IMG/VR virus record: IMGVR_UViG_3300042359_000853
Location: 1-64,000 of that record
Strand: one strand, 5' to 3'
DNA length: 64,000 nt
The notes under the pieces were generated by a model that saw only the letters and a program-made list of their open reading frames with translations, ran no database searches and was not told the DNA's origin. Positions 8,303-19,000 of the stretch are shown one piece after another; positions within the stretch are counted from its first letter, which is position 1, and each line of letters opens with the position of its first letter. Both the position numbers and the translations under genes were made by a program.

Positions 8303-9310
8303 ATGGCTTTAATTACCATTTCAGCAATCACTAGTTCAACTATACCCAGAGATGGACTTAATTTTTGGTTTGATGCGCAAAATCATCCAAATCTACCAAA
8401 CAACAACACCGCCACAGATAGATCTGGTAATTATGGGGATTTTACCCTGGTGAATAACTCAACAAAAGTAAGTTATAGTGATGATTTTAGTGGTAGCTTT
8501 AATTTCAGTGGCGCAACCGATAATTACATAAAAACTCCTGTTAACAGAACTAGCACATCTAATACTGTTACCTGGATTGTATGGTTCAGAAGAAATGCAG
8601 AACAGGTCGAATACGCTGGTCTTTTCTATAACAGAACCAACGGAGCAACAGCTGGCTTACATTTTGGTAATTCCGGTAATACTTCTAAATTGAGGTATAC
8701 TTGGAATAATTCACATTTTGATGTTGAAACTAATCTTTTGACTTCTATCAATGTATGGACTTTCTGTTCTGTTGCAGTTAGATCGAATGGGGCAACTTTC
8801 ACAATGATAAGTGCGACAGGTTCAAAATCTGTTTACTCCCATACTTCTGTAACTAACGCAGCACTTAGTCTAACATCTTCTTTTCTTGGTTGGGATGGGT
8901 TTTCTACAAGATATTTTAATGGTAGAATATCACAAGCCTTTTTTTATACCAGAGATCTTTCAGATAGTGAAGTTCAGGCTATTTATAATCACACACTTTA
9001 TAGGAATTATCCGTTAGGATATTCCCTACCTCCAGCCACAACAACTACCTCTACTACTACTGCGTTCTCTGGATATTATGTATATACAGATCTCAACCAA
9101 GGTGATTGTTCGAGTGGTGGTGGAATTGAAGCTTATGGAATTAGGTCGACATTTGCAGGACTACAGGACGGAGATTATCTTTATACTGACTTAGGTATAA
9201 ATCCCCTTCAAGGTTACTCAGTAATAGGTGATACATTTTTGTATTTTACAATAGATCCAGAAACGGGCAGAATATCAGGTTCTGGAACTCTATGTGAACA
9301 GCCCCAATAA
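8303..9310 (+). CDS. LamG / concanavalin-A-like lectin domain protein (probable virion fibre or decoration)
   Basis: GLNFWFDAQN..DRSGN..FNFSG..TWIVWF..FNGRISQAFFYTRDLSDSEVQAIYN; Thr-rich linker, then C-terminal domain. Confidence 0.75.
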   Translation: MALITISAITSSTIPRDGLNFWFDAQNHPNLPNNNTATDRSGNYGDFTLVNNSTKVSYSDDFSGSFNFSGATDNYIKTPVNRTSTSNTVTWIVWFRRNAEQVEYAGLFYNRTNGATAGLHFGNSGNTSKLRYTWNNSHFDVETNLLTSINVWTFCSVAVRSNGATFTMISATGSKSVYSHTSVTNAALSLTSSFLGWDGFSTRYFNGRISQAFFYTRDLSDSEVQAIYNHTLYRNYPLGYSLPPATTTTSTTTAFSGYYVYTDLNQGDCSSGGGIEAYGIRSTFAGLQDGDYLYTDLGINPLQGYSVIGDTFLYFTIDPETGRISGSGTLCEQPQ

Positions 9311-9354
9311 AAATTATTAGGTATTCTTTTTAAAAAATAAAAAAAAATAAAAAT

Positions 9355-9615
9355 ATGTACGAAAACAGAAAATTTGTAATCTTCTCAGTTACTGAACTTG
9401 ATTTGGTGGATTTCTCTCAAGTTTTAGAAACTTCAGCCGAAACAGTAAGAAAATCAGTAGATGGTACTCTTACCTTTGTGAAATACGACGGTGATATGCC
9501 TCTATCGGTTCAATCCTTAACTACTAGATCAACTGAGCATGGATACACAGAAATGCTGAATATTCTTCAAGGTCCAGATTGGACAAATCCTATACAAGAC
9601 CAGACCATGGCTTAA
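9355..9615 (+). CDS. Small conserved phage protein linked to LamG genes
   Basis: ELDLVDFSQVLETSAETVRKSVDGTLTFVKY motif recalled from aquatic phages. Confidence 0.55.
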   Translation: MYENRKFVIFSVTELDLVDFSQVLETSAETVRKSVDGTLTFVKYDGDMPLSVQSLTTRSTEHGYTEMLNILQGPDWTNPIQDQTMA

Positions 9616-9626
9616 GAGTTTATTAT

Positions 9627-10247
9627 ATGAATATAGAAGAGCAAAGGTTATGGAATAATCCATTCATAGATGGTGGACATGAGTGGTCAAGAAATGGGTC
9701 GACTCAACTATTATGGGAGACCGAGATCGAGAGACATGCCAAAAAATGGTTTTTTGGCGAGGGTCTTGAAATAGCGCCAGGTGAGGGTAGAATGACAGAA
9801 TACCTCTTAAACTTCTCTGAAAAGCTATACCTAGTAGATCTCAACGAGCACCCCCTTTCTGTTTGTATGAAAAAATTTGGAAATAAATGTTCTGGTTATT
9901 TTGTGAACGATGGTAAATCGCTACCGGAACATTTTCAAAATAACCTTGATTTTATTTTTTCTTGGGATTCATTTGTACATATTCACTGGGATATTTTCAA
10001 AATCTATCTGAAAGAGATATCAAGAGCTCTCAAGGTGGATGGTATTTTTTTTATACATCACGCTCACTTTTGGGGTGGTTCGGATTTTTCATTCAATAAC
10101 TATTGTGGAAGAGCAAATCTCGATTTGAGCGTATTAAACGATGAGCTTGATGTTTTAGGTTTTGAGGTATTGGAGCAGTATTGGGTGAAGATTTCTTGGC
10201 AAGATCCAAATTTTGTGGATTGTGTAACTCTAGCTAGAAAGAGGTAG
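9627..10247 (+). CDS. Class I SAM-dependent methyltransferase
   Basis: GLEIAPGEGR motif I, YLVDLN, DFIFSWDSFVH; start refined to MNIEEQ. Confidence 0.8.
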   Translation: MNIEEQRLWNNPFIDGGHEWSRNGSTQLLWETEIERHAKKWFFGEGLEIAPGEGRMTEYLLNFSEKLYLVDLNEHPLSVCMKKFGNKCSGYFVNDGKSLPEHFQNNLDFIFSWDSFVHIHWDIFKIYLKEISRALKVDGIFFIHHAHFWGGSDFSFNNYCGRANLDLSVLNDELDVLGFEVLEQYWVKISWQDPNFVDCVTLARKR

Positions 10248-10256
10248 CACACATTA

Positions 10257-11540
10257 CTACCAATCCTGAACTAGAGTCATCAGTGATTTACGAGAAGAAA
10301 TTTCCAGATAGGCTTGTGAAAGTTCATCATCAGGATTTTCTAAATATTCATCTATTAGAGAAAAAGAACAACTATCAAAAATCTTACCGATAATATTCCA
10401 AACAGAGGATGATTTCATCTTTTTGACCTGTTCAATACTTTTTGTAAGGCCTTTTTTTCTAAAATAATTGAAACTTCTAGGTGAAGCCGAAGTAATCTTA
10501 GAAATCCACTCGATCCACTCCTTCTGTGCTACTACAAGGTTATAATCCATATCAACCCAACCAGAAAAGGCAAGATATTCAAGATTTTGTAAAAAATCTT
10601 CATTTTTAAACACATCAAAGTGACCTCCGACCGCACGATAAAGATTTAAGACGTGAATGTAAGTTCTAAAGTATCGAATTTGCAACAACTCATCCACCTC
10701 GGTCTTCTCGGTCACCCCGGTGGGAACTACAAACTCTTTTACTTGCTCTAAAGACCAGAGCTTGAAATGTTTTTCACCAAGATAACTGTTACTTTTATGG
10801 AAAAGATAATCTTCAATATCTTCCCTGCGAACAAGTTTCAGAGATTGGAGTAGCTGTGAAGTTTTCGGATTTTTTTGTAGGTAGAGAAAATCTTCTGCTA
10901 GTTTATCAGAAAAAGTTTTTCTATGAAGACCCGGAAGTTCAGTGATGATATAATAAAGAAAATCGAAATCATTCTTGGAAAAAGTAAGATCAAGTTGAAT
11001 AGATTTTTTAAGAGCTCTAATAAGTGTTTTGTCGGGAGAATTGAGGTTTTGTAGAGAAAATTCTCGCTTTTGAGGTAGCTGGTCAAAAAACTTCTCAAAG
11101 GCCGGGGTATAGATAACTTCTCGAGTAGATAGATCGCACCCAATAGCACACAGATCGAGATCGAAGTTCTCAAGAATACTTCTATATCCAGATCCCGGTG
11201 AAACTTCAACAGAAATGTAGTTTACTAGACCTTCTCGTTTACAGGTAAGTATTTTATACCAATTCTCGAAAGAAAGCTTCATAATATAGTTATAACCCGA
11301 TTGAACGATTTCTGGGTTCCAACTAGTAAGTGAAGTTATCCAGGTGTTTTCAGTGGTTACGTTATCAATCGTAAAAACATCTAGATCATTGATAATAGGT
11401 GACGAGGTTCGTAATGTTCGGTGAATGATCCAGTTCGATAGAGCGCCACCTGCTAAAAAACCCGATGTAGGTAGTTTTTTAGAGATATCGGAATCTAGAA
11501 ACTCAAGAACCAAGGAGTTAATCTTTTCTTTTGTAGTCAT
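10257..11540 (-). CDS. Nucleotidyltransferase-fold protein (poly(A) polymerase / CCA-enzyme-head-like)
   Basis: FLAGGALS..INDLDVF (GG..DxD) and ENFDLDLCAIG; start refined to MTTKEK with TATCTTTG at 11561..11568. Confidence 0.5.
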   Translation of the reverse strand: MTTKEKINSLVLEFLDSDISKKLPTSGFLAGGALSNWIIHRTLRTSSPIINDLDVFTIDNVTTENTWITSLTSWNPEIVQSGYNYIMKLSFENWYKILTCKREGLVNYISVEVSPGSGYRSILENFDLDLCAIGCDLSTREVIYTPAFEKFFDQLPQKREFSLQNLNSPDKTLIRALKKSIQLDLTFSKNDFDFLYYIITELPGLHRKTFSDKLAEDFLYLQKNPKTSQLLQSLKLVRREDIEDYLFHKSNSYLGEKHFKLWSLEQVKEFVVPTGVTEKTEVDELLQIRYFRTYIHVLNLYRAVGGHFDVFKNEDFLQNLEYLAFSGWVDMDYNLVVAQKEWIEWISKITSASPRSFNYFRKKGLTKSIEQVKKMKSSSVWNIIGKIFDSCSFSLIDEYLENPDDELSQAYLEISSRKSLMTLVQDW

Positions 11541-11615
11541 ACAGATTTTTATTTCAACTACAAAGATAGAAAAAAAAATCAGTAGTTGCACATCTTTATG
11601 AAAAAAAATCTTTTA

Positions 11616-11652
11616 TGTCATTTTGTCATATAAGTTTCTTTGGCACAATATA
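11616..11652 (+). promoter_or_regulatory. Heat-shock-type upstream element: TGTCA repeat plus sigma54-like TTGGCAC
   Basis: tgtcattttgtca at 11616..11628 and ttggcac at 11640..11646 upstream of hsp20-dnaK; the -12 GC is not canonical. Confidence 0.35.
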
Positions 11653-11683
11653 TGTATGATAAAAAGAAAAAAAATATAAATCT

Positions 11684-12022
11684 ATGTTCTTACACTCAAG
11701 TAACCTAACCAGATCATTAGTAGATCACTACCACAAAACAAAGTTTTCTCACAAGTTCGTTCAAAAAGATGATGGGACTATTTCACTTCGTATGGAAGTT
11801 CCTGGCTTCACAAAGGATACTCTCTGGGTTCAACTCATGGATGGCGTTCTTAATGTATCAGGTAAATATAAAAGTGATGGGGTAACCTATAAGGTAAACA
11901 CTACTCTGGAAGTTCCAAAAAATGCCGATCAAGAAACAGCCACCGCTCAGGTTGAAAACGGTATCTTAACAGTCACTATGAACACTAAAACCACCAAGTG
12001 CTATAACTTACTCAAAAAATAA
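11684..12022 (+). CDS. hsp20: Small heat-shock protein (alpha-crystallin domain)
   Basis: LRMEVPGFTK..DGVLNVSG..ATAQVENGILTVT. Confidence 0.85.
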   Translation: MFLHSSNLTRSLVDHYHKTKFSHKFVQKDDGTISLRMEVPGFTKDTLWVQLMDGVLNVSGKYKSDGVTYKVNTTLEVPKNADQETATAQVENGILTVTMNTKTTKCYNLLKK

Positions 12023-12050
12023 AATATAAAAAAAATAAACCACTAAAACT

Positions 12051-13928
12051 ATGAAAAAAGACGTAATCATCGGTATTGACCTAGGAACAACTAACTCAGC
12101 GGTAGCTATTGTTGAGGCGGGAGATTCAGTGATCATTCCAAACTCTGAAGGCCGCAGAACAACACCATCGGTCGTTGCCTTCACCGATAAAGACCGAAGA
12201 ATCGGAGATCCTGCTAAAAGACAAGCAGTGACCAATCCCCAAAAAACCATCTACTCTATTAAGAGATTTATTGGTAAGAGCTGGGCAGCATCGAAAGACG
12301 AAGCTGGCAAAGTTCCCTACACGGTGAAATCAAGCTCAAACTCTACACCCGTCGTATCGATTGATGATAGAGATTATACCCCTCAAGAAATCTCAGCGAT
12401 GATCCTTCAGAAAATGAAAAAAACCGCCGAAGATTATCTAGGTTACGAAGTTACACGAGCTGTTATTACCGTTCCTGCTTACTTCGGAGATGCCGAAAGA
12501 GGCGCAACGATGGAAGCCGGTCAAATCGCTGGGCTTAAAGTCGAGAGGATTATCAACGAACCTACAGCAGCTGCCCTGGCCTATGGTTTAGATAAAAAAG
12601 GTCAAGACTCAAAAATCTTGGTTTTCGACTGCGGAGGTGGAACCCACGACGTATCAGTTCTTGAAATTGGTGATGGTGTATTCGAGGTAAAATCAACCGA
12701 TGGTGATACCCATCTAGGTGGTGATGACTTTGATAATGCGATCATTGCCTGGATGACCGGTGAGTTCAAAAGTGACACTGGTATCGATCTAACGAAAGAT
12801 CCAATGGCATTACAACGACTGAAAGACGCAGCTGAAAAAGCAAAGATCGAACTTTCTTCTTCACTTTCAACCGAGGTCAATCTTCCCTATATTACGGTGA
12901 AGGATAACGTTCCTCAACACTTTGTGAAATCTCTTACCCGTGCTAAGTTCGATCAACTTACCAAATCACTCGTTGATAGAGCAGTGGCCTGTGCGAAAAG
13001 TGCTCTAAAATCTGCTGGTCTTAAGCCAAGTGAGATTGATGAAGTAGTTTTAGTAGGTGGTTCTACTCGCATTCCAGCTATTCAAGATGCTGTCGAGAGT
13101 TTTATTGGTAAAAAAGCCAATAAATCTGTAAATCCAGATGAAGTCGTAGCAATGGGAGCAGCTATTCAAGGTGCTGTTCTTACCGGTGATGTTAATGATG
13201 TTCTTCTACTAGACGTTATTCCACTCTCGTTCGGTATTGAAACCATGGGTGGTGTAATGACCAAACTTATCGAGGCCAACACAACTATTCCAGTAAGAAA
13301 GCAGCAAACTTTCTCAACAGCTGCTGATAATCAAAACTCAGTTGAAATCCACGTTCTTCAAGGTGAAAGGCCGATGGCATCAGATAACCGTTCGATAGGC
13401 AGGTTCCATCTTGATGGTATTATGCCAGCTCCGAGGGGTGTTCCACAAATCGAGGTTAGTATTGATATCGACGCTAATGGTATCCTAAGTGTTAAAGCTC
13501 AAGATAAAGCTACTGGTAAAGAAAACAAAATTCGTATCGAAGGTGGTTCTTCTCTAACACCAGAGGAAATCCAACGTATGAAAGACGAGGCTATTCAGAA
13601 CGAGGCTGAGGATAAACGTAAGATGGAAACTGCCGAGCTTGTCAATAAGTGTGATACTCAAGTATTCACTACTAAAAAATCACTCGAAGAGTGGAAGGAC
13701 AAGTTTACACCCGAGCAGCTAGAAGAGCTTCAAAAACTGGTCGGCCAGCTCGAAGAGGCTCTCTCTCAACGAGACGAGACTAGGATGAAAGAAGCTTCGT
13801 CTTCTCTTGAGTCGACTTTCTCCAAAATTTCTACCGAGATTTATTCTAAAATCAGTAGTGAAGAAGGTTCTAGTTCAAGTGGTGTAGAAGATGTAGAATA
13901 TACAACGGTTGAAGATCAAGACAAGTAA
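12051..13928 (+). CDS. dnaK: Chaperone DnaK (Hsp70)
   Basis: [61 protein letters not shown]. Confidence 0.98.
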   Translation: MKKDVIIGIDLGTTNSAVAIVEAGDSVIIPNSEGRRTTPSVVAFTDKDRRIGDPAKRQAVTNPQKTIYSIKRFIGKSWAASKDEAGKVPYTVKSSSNSTPVVSIDDRDYTPQEISAMILQKMKKTAEDYLGYEVTRAVITVPAYFGDAERGATMEAGQIAGLKVERIINEPTAAALAYGLDKKGQDSKILVFDCGGGTHDVSVLEIGDGVFEVKSTDGDTHLGGDDFDNAIIAWMTGEFKSDTGIDLTKDPMALQRLKDAAEKAKIELSSSLSTEVNLPYITVKDNVPQHFVKSLTRAKFDQLTKSLVDRAVACAKSALKSAGLKPSEIDEVVLVGGSTRIPAIQDAVESFIGKKANKSVNPDEVVAMGAAIQGAVLTGDVNDVLLLDVIPLSFGIETMGGVMTKLIEANTTIPVRKQQTFSTAADNQNSVEIHVLQGERPMASDNRSIGRFHLDGIMPAPRGVPQIEVSIDIDANGILSVKAQDKATGKENKIRIEGGSSLTPEEIQRMKDEAIQNEAEDKRKMETAELVNKCDTQVFTTKKSLEEWKDKFTPEQLEELQKLVGQLEEALSQRDETRMKEASSSLESTFSKISTEIYSKISSEEGSSSSGVEDVEYTTVEDQDK

Positions 13929-13948
13929 AACCATTAGTTCGTCTATCA

Positions 13949-13985
13949 AATAGTAGTAGGTCCTAAGATCTACTACTATTTTTTT
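13949..13985 (+). terminator. Intrinsic terminator after dnaK
   Basis: aatagtagtaggtc-ctaa-gatctactactatt plus T run. Confidence 0.85.
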
Positions 13986-14014
13986 ACTAAACTAGAAAAA
14001 TAATATATAATACC

Positions 14015-14278
14015 ATGTCAATATCCTTAAAAGAATCCGCAATCAATAACTACATTGGTAACCTCAACCTTCGCGAAGAAGATCTCAACTTAAACCAAAT
14101 CGAACAAGATCTCATCAAACTTCTTGGTGAAAGGCCTTCGGTTCAACCTAAATGGGTTAAAGATGCTATGCTCTTAGAAGATAGAAAATCAGCTCGTGAA
14201 GTGAAGCGACTTGATAGTATTTCTATTATCTTTACCGATCTAGACGATAAAATAAAAAAAATAGAAATCAAAATATGA
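14015..14278 (+). CDS. Hypothetical phage protein
   Basis: 87 aa; ATATATA 5 nt before ATG. Confidence 0.7.
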   Translation: MSISLKESAINNYIGNLNLREEDLNLNQIEQDLIKLLGERPSVQPKWVKDAMLLEDRKSAREVKRLDSISIIFTDLDDKIKKIEIKI

Positions 14279-14496
14279 CACTCGAAAAAGAAACTTGGAC
14301 ACTTGACTGGGATAAACTCCTAGCAACCAAAAATGAAGAGCACATCGAAATTATTTCTAAAATGTGGAGAGAATATCTTTCTTACTCTTCGATGTCTACC
14401 AGCTTCTCTGGAAACCTAGCACTTAATCAATCGATGAGAGATACCCTTCTTGAAAATCTAAAATCCAAGGGTCATCTTAAAAAAGTATCCTTGTAA
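14275..14496 (+). CDS. Hypothetical phage protein
   Basis: 73 aa, ATGA-coupled to previous ORF. Confidence 0.65.
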   Translation: MTLEKETWTLDWDKLLATKNEEHIEIISKMWREYLSYSSMSTSFSGNLALNQSMRDTLLENLKSKGHLKKVSL

Positions 14497-14497
14497 A

Positions 14498-14851
14498 ATG
14501 AAAGAAGTTATACCTTCTGTATTGGATTATCTTGGTAGTGTTGAGTCGGATGTTCTTTGCCTACTAACCTTGATGATTGAAGGTGAGTATTTTGAAGCTT
14601 GTTATTTCTACGGACCTATCGATGGGTTGGTAATACTCTCAAACGAACTAGAAAGTAAGATAGAAGAACTTTCTTGGCAAATTGATATGGAGATACTAGA
14701 GAAAAAAATAAGTTCACTGGTCGTTCCCTATGAGCAAATAATCAATATGGTTAGTGAGTATGTGCCACCTACCGAAGAAGAAATCTTAAAAGCTATCGAG
14801 ATTAAACCAGCAAGTGAAATCGATCGAAAAGATGTTCAGGAGTTAGATTGA
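14498..14851 (+). CDS. Hypothetical acidic protein
   Basis: 117 aa, adjacent in operon. Confidence 0.65.
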   Translation: MKEVIPSVLDYLGSVESDVLCLLTLMIEGEYFEACYFYGPIDGLVILSNELESKIEELSWQIDMEILEKKISSLVVPYEQIINMVSEYVPPTEEEILKAIEIKPASEIDRKDVQELD

Positions 14852-16218
14852 TCTTTTAGGCTAAATAATCTAAGTAACTTTCTTTCCATATCTCTACCAG
14901 CCTGGTTTATTCTTCTCTCGAATAACTTCATTAGTGATGGAACATCTTGAATAGTTTCAATATCTTTGTAAAGTTTAGTATTGGTTTCTTTTGTTTCGAG
15001 TTGTTTATAATCTTTTACAAACCAATTTTTAAGTCTAGTTAGTATAGAATCTTTGAGGTGTGGTGAAACTTCATCAATAGCGTCTAGGATTGTTCTATAA
15101 TGTGCTTCCCAAGAAAAGTTTTTCATTTTCTGTGTGCCTTCCCAAATAGTAGTTCTCTTGAACTCGTCCAAGCTCATAGATTTCACATATTCGTATGCTT
15201 CTTGAACTACCGCGTTTTGTTCGTAAGGTTCAGATATATAGACTAAGTAATGAAATCTATACCAAAATTTCCAGATAGTTTTTGGAATATTATAGTTTTT
15301 TGCTCCTGCCCAAGATAGACTGAAGGTTTGGCCACCACGACCTTTGATATGTCTTTGATAAAACTCGTGAAGATGAGCAAGTTCATGAGATATAGTAGCT
15401 CGAAGTTCTCTGTATAGATTATCTACAACGGGTCCTTCGAATACATTAGAAACTCTAATAGAAAACTCAAGTCTTCCAGTAATAGTTTTTTCAATCTCTC
15501 CTGGTAAATCTCGAACAGCATCGGGATTAGCTAGAGCTAAGAAACTTTCATCAGGTGAATCTTCTTTCTGGGAAATGTTTTGAGCTAATCCAGTTACAGT
15601 GTATTTACCCCTGAAATCCAACTTTTTTACACGCCTAAGTGTAACCTTCATATCTACTTTTTCAAGAGGAAATTTGATGAAATCTTCCGCTTTACCCTGA
15701 AAGGCGATCTTGAAACTAGCCCACGGTATAGAGATTTTAACTAAATCACTTGATAGATTACTCTCTAAAAATCTAGAAGTTATTGGTAGAAGAGCCTTAT
15801 AGATAGTCTCAACAGCTGGTTCTATTTGTGTTGCTACACCTAACTTTTCATCGATCTTTTGAGGTGATGAGAATACATCAGAAAAAGCTCTATAATCAAA
15901 TAGTTTTTGTTTTTTCCGGGCAAGTATCGATTGTACCTCTCGAATAACACTTTCCCAATCAGTGAAAAGTTGATAGGTGTTTTCGGATACTGAAGAAAAA
16001 TCTGCATAGGTAACGATCCATTCATTGGTAAATTTTTCTATAGTAAGTAGATAGGAGTAGGCCAAAAAACAATATACAGCTGTCTCATCGTGATTTTTCT
16101 TAACGTAGTTCGATGGGGTGCTGAAGATCTTTTTCAATCTTTGAATCTCGTTCTCATTGAAAACCTGAGAACGATTTTCTAGTAAATATTTTTCGTATTG
16201 AAGTTCATCTAAAATCAT
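14836..16218 (-). CDS. Putative zinc metallopeptidase-domain protein (HExxH)
   Basis: ISHELAHLHE and downstream YEQNAVVQE; start refined to MILDELQYEKYLLEN, 5 nt after an ATATATA box. Confidence 0.55.
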   Translation of the reverse strand: MILDELQYEKYLLENRSQVFNENEIQRLKKIFSTPSNYVKKNHDETAVYCFLAYSYLLTIEKFTNEWIVTYADFSSVSENTYQLFTDWESVIREVQSILARKKQKLFDYRAFSDVFSSPQKIDEKLGVATQIEPAVETIYKALLPITSRFLESNLSSDLVKISIPWASFKIAFQGKAEDFIKFPLEKVDMKVTLRRVKKLDFRGKYTVTGLAQNISQKEDSPDESFLALANPDAVRDLPGEIEKTITGRLEFSIRVSNVFEGPVVDNLYRELRATISHELAHLHEFYQRHIKGRGGQTFSLSWAGAKNYNIPKTIWKFWYRFHYLVYISEPYEQNAVVQEAYEYVKSMSLDEFKRTTIWEGTQKMKNFSWEAHYRTILDAIDEVSPHLKDSILTRLKNWFVKDYKQLETKETNTKLYKDIETIQDVPSLMKLFERRINQAGRDMERKLLRLFSLKDQSNS

Positions 16219-16321
16219 ATTTGTATATATAAAATCTATACTATGGAACTTCACTCAAAACTTCATCTTATTAAGTTCCTAAGAAAAGTGAAAAGTTTCT
16301 TAAAAACTAAATAGAGTTCAA

Positions 16322-17611
16322 TTAGTCATCGACTTCATACCAATCACCAGAAGTAGAAACAAGTTGTCTTTCAGATGAGTCGATAGCTATGTTAGTAAGA
16401 CATTTCTCAGTGAGACTCAAATATTTCATACTATCAACATAAGGATATCTATCAAAATATACTTTTTTAAGATTACATATATAAGTATCTTCTGTTTTTC
16501 TGGTTTTACCGTCCGTCATCATAAGATTAGAACTTGAATCTTGATGGGTTTTGTAAAACCAACCTTTAGATTGAGCAAATTGCTTGAAAAGTTCAATATC
16601 TGAATCGTTGTTTGTGTAAATCCTATCTACAAAGATAGTTCCGTCATTAAGTGTCCAAACAATAGCTCTACCACGAATCTTATTGGATAGATATTTACCA
16701 TCGGATATTCTTCCATTGTTATCATAAAGTATAACCATTTGGCAAACTTCTGGATTTTCGGTGTATATCTTGAAATACTCAGGCCCCTTTTCTTTCATAC
16801 AAGAGTTTCCGAGCTGGCCTAGTTGAGATTCATAATTCTGACTTTTATACCAAAATGCTATTTGATCACCTTTGACAACATCAAATTTAGCGAAAGCTTG
16901 GTTGAAAATATCCCAGGCTGCTTTATACCGGTTGGTAAAAACTTCGATTTCTTGTTCAGTGTGATTGATATTAAGAACTTTGAGAACAGATTTAGCAAAT
17001 TTTCCTACTTTAAAAGTAGCTCTTTGCTCAGTCCAAAGCCTGTCGTATCGATTATCAAAAGGAATAAGACTGTTAATGTTGATAACTTTCTGAACACCAT
17101 TCGAAACAAACTCTTTACCTTGAACTTCACCAATATCAATCAAGGCATATTCTTTTTTACTTGGATTAATACATCGAGCCTTTATTTGGCATTTCATTCC
17201 AGATGAAATTGATGTTGAAACATCACCATCGGTAGGTGTGTAGTTCAATCTTCTGAAAGTAGAAATGTTTTTGTATTCACCATTCTCGTCTTTATTAAAA
17301 GTTAGTAATCCAGACGTGTTGTTGATTATCCAGATCTCTTTTGTTTCAGATAAAATTCTTTCAGCTTTGTTTTGTGGAATATACTCAACATAATCTTTTC
17401 TATCTTTTGTAAGATCAATGTAGTTAGCTGCGTATTCAGCGTCTTTTCCTGATTGAAAAGCTGATAGTATTTCTCTAGCTACTCTATCATCATCTTTGAG
17501 AGAGTTCAAGAGAGAAGTAAAATTTGGTGAAAAATTGAGAGTAGATTCCATGATAAGGTTTTCTAGGAGAATTTCTTCGTTTAAGAACTGGTTGAACTTT
17601 TTGTGTATCAT
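16322..17611 (-). CDS. Conserved phage protein with N-terminal MIHKKFNQFLNEE peptide
   Basis: C-terminal LGNSCM..GRAIVW..FVDRIY motif block; function unknown. Confidence 0.6.
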   Translation of the reverse strand: MIHKKFNQFLNEEILLENLIMESTLNFSPNFTSLLNSLKDDDRVAREILSAFQSGKDAEYAANYIDLTKDRKDYVEYIPQNKAERILSETKEIWIINNTSGLLTFNKDENGEYKNISTFRRLNYTPTDGDVSTSISSGMKCQIKARCINPSKKEYALIDIGEVQGKEFVSNGVQKVININSLIPFDNRYDRLWTEQRATFKVGKFAKSVLKVLNINHTEQEIEVFTNRYKAAWDIFNQAFAKFDVVKGDQIAFWYKSQNYESQLGQLGNSCMKEKGPEYFKIYTENPEVCQMVILYDNNGRISDGKYLSNKIRGRAIVWTLNDGTIFVDRIYTNNDSDIELFKQFAQSKGWFYKTHQDSSSNLMMTDGKTRKTEDTYICNLKKVYFDRYPYVDSMKYLSLTEKCLTNIAIDSSERQLVSTSGDWYEVDD

Positions 17612-17690
17612 ATTTGTATATATATTATTTGAGGAATGTTTTTTTATATATAAACTTTATCAAAAAAAAAATAATCAAAAGAGAAAGAGA

Positions 17691-17903
17691 ATGTTTTCAA
17701 TAGAAGATCTAAATATTTGTATTATTTCTCATAACATATTTATTAAAGACATAAATCTCGGACATAACTTCGATCAAATACACCGGATATCTGTAAAAAG
17801 GGGCAAACCTTCGAAGGAAATCCTAGATGAAATTTGGAAAAAAAAGTTAGCTAAATCAGTTCAACTAAAAAGGGATAGAAGGTTGAAAAAAATACTGAAT
17901 TAA
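17691..17903 (+). CDS. Small basic hypothetical protein (C-term KRDRRLKKILN)
   Basis: Start refined to MFSIED to avoid overlap with 17611(-). Confidence 0.55.
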   Translation: MFSIEDLNICIISHNIFIKDINLGHNFDQIHRISVKRGKPSKEILDEIWKKKLAKSVQLKRDRRLKKILN

Positions 17904-18418
17904 ATCTTCTGCCTTTTCGTGGTTAGATATTCTTTCAAATCTTCGTATCGAACTTGACCAGGATTGGTGAAAAGTTTAGATCTATCACCTTTATTTTTGA
18001 CTGGATTTGGAATATCTGTAGATAACTCACTCGATACATCATTTAGCTGTTCAATCTTAGTATCAACTTCTTTCATCATTTTGCCTATCCAGGCATCGGT
18101 TCCAAATTCTCTAACATATTGATTATCATAATTTAACTCAAATTCCTCAAAATCTTTATAGATGAGTATTTTGTTTGGGGATATTGTATGATCAGTGTAG
18201 AAATGCATATTTCCAACTTCGCCGGCACTTAGACAAATTGAACCTTTATATTTTCTATAAGCAAAGGCAAATCTATCTTTATCATTATCTAATCTATCTT
18301 CTCCTTTTGTATCTTCAAGAGTTAGTGAAACACCTAAATTAACTCTGAAGTATTTGGAACTTGATTTAATAGAACTTATAATAGCATGTGATGTTACTAC
18401 AAAATACTTACCATCCAT
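17900..18418 (-). CDS. Hypothetical phage protein
   Basis: 172 aa ORF. Confidence 0.7.
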   Translation of the reverse strand: MDGKYFVVTSHAIISSIKSSSKYFRVNLGVSLTLEDTKGEDRLDNDKDRFAFAYRKYKGSICLSAGEVGNMHFYTDHTISPNKILIYKDFEEFELNYDNQYVREFGTDAWIGKMMKEVDTKIEQLNDVSSELSTDIPNPVKNKGDRSKLFTNPGQVRYEDLKEYLTTKRQKI

Positions 18419-18426
18419 ACTAACTT

Positions 18427-18969
18427 TTACTGAGTTTCTATAGAAAAGTTTTCTTCCGAAGAATCTTTACTACCACCATCAAGCTCTAACTTGAGTTCTA
18501 TTAGAAGATCTTCATCGATATCTTCTATCTTGATATTTTTAGATATTTCGCCTAAAAGATCGAAGCTGTCGATGTTGTATTTCTTAAACTTTACAAAACA
18601 ATCTTTAATATCATCTGCCGAGAAATCTTTAGATCCATCAGCCGGAACAGCATCCTTCAAATCGAGTATAACAGTAAAATCATAAAGGTTTTCATCATCC
18701 GAGAATCTACACTTGATACTATCTTGAACTTTCGAGTATTTTGATTTTTGTATAGAATCTAGCTGAATACCAAGTTCGTTGAACCTCATTTTACCACCAC
18801 CTTTAAGATCTTTTTGTTCTTTTGCCGAAAAAGTATCTACTTCTTCACCAGATTCTTCAAAAAGAGATTTTATAGTTCTCTCTATAGTATCAAGCCTAGT
18901 AGAAATATACCCCTCTGGAGTATCGTAAAGCCTCTCAAGAATAAACTCGTCAAAATATCTAACCCTCAT
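18427..18969 (-). CDS. Hypothetical protein with N-terminal MRVRYFDEFILE peptide
   Basis: 180 aa acidic protein; ATATATA upstream. Confidence 0.7.
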   Translation of the reverse strand: MRVRYFDEFILERLYDTPEGYISTRLDTIERTIKSLFEESGEEVDTFSAKEQKDLKGGGKMRFNELGIQLDSIQKSKYSKVQDSIKCRFSDDENLYDFTVILDLKDAVPADGSKDFSADDIKDCFVKFKKYNIDSFDLLGEISKNIKIEDIDEDLLIELKLELDGGSKDSSEENFSIETQ

Positions 18970-19000
18970 ATAAAATTTTATTTAAGGGTATATATTATTT

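Noticed and set aside
11642-11657. NrdR-box-like palindrome
   Set aside because: The right half does not match the consensus and it is not upstream of nrdB.
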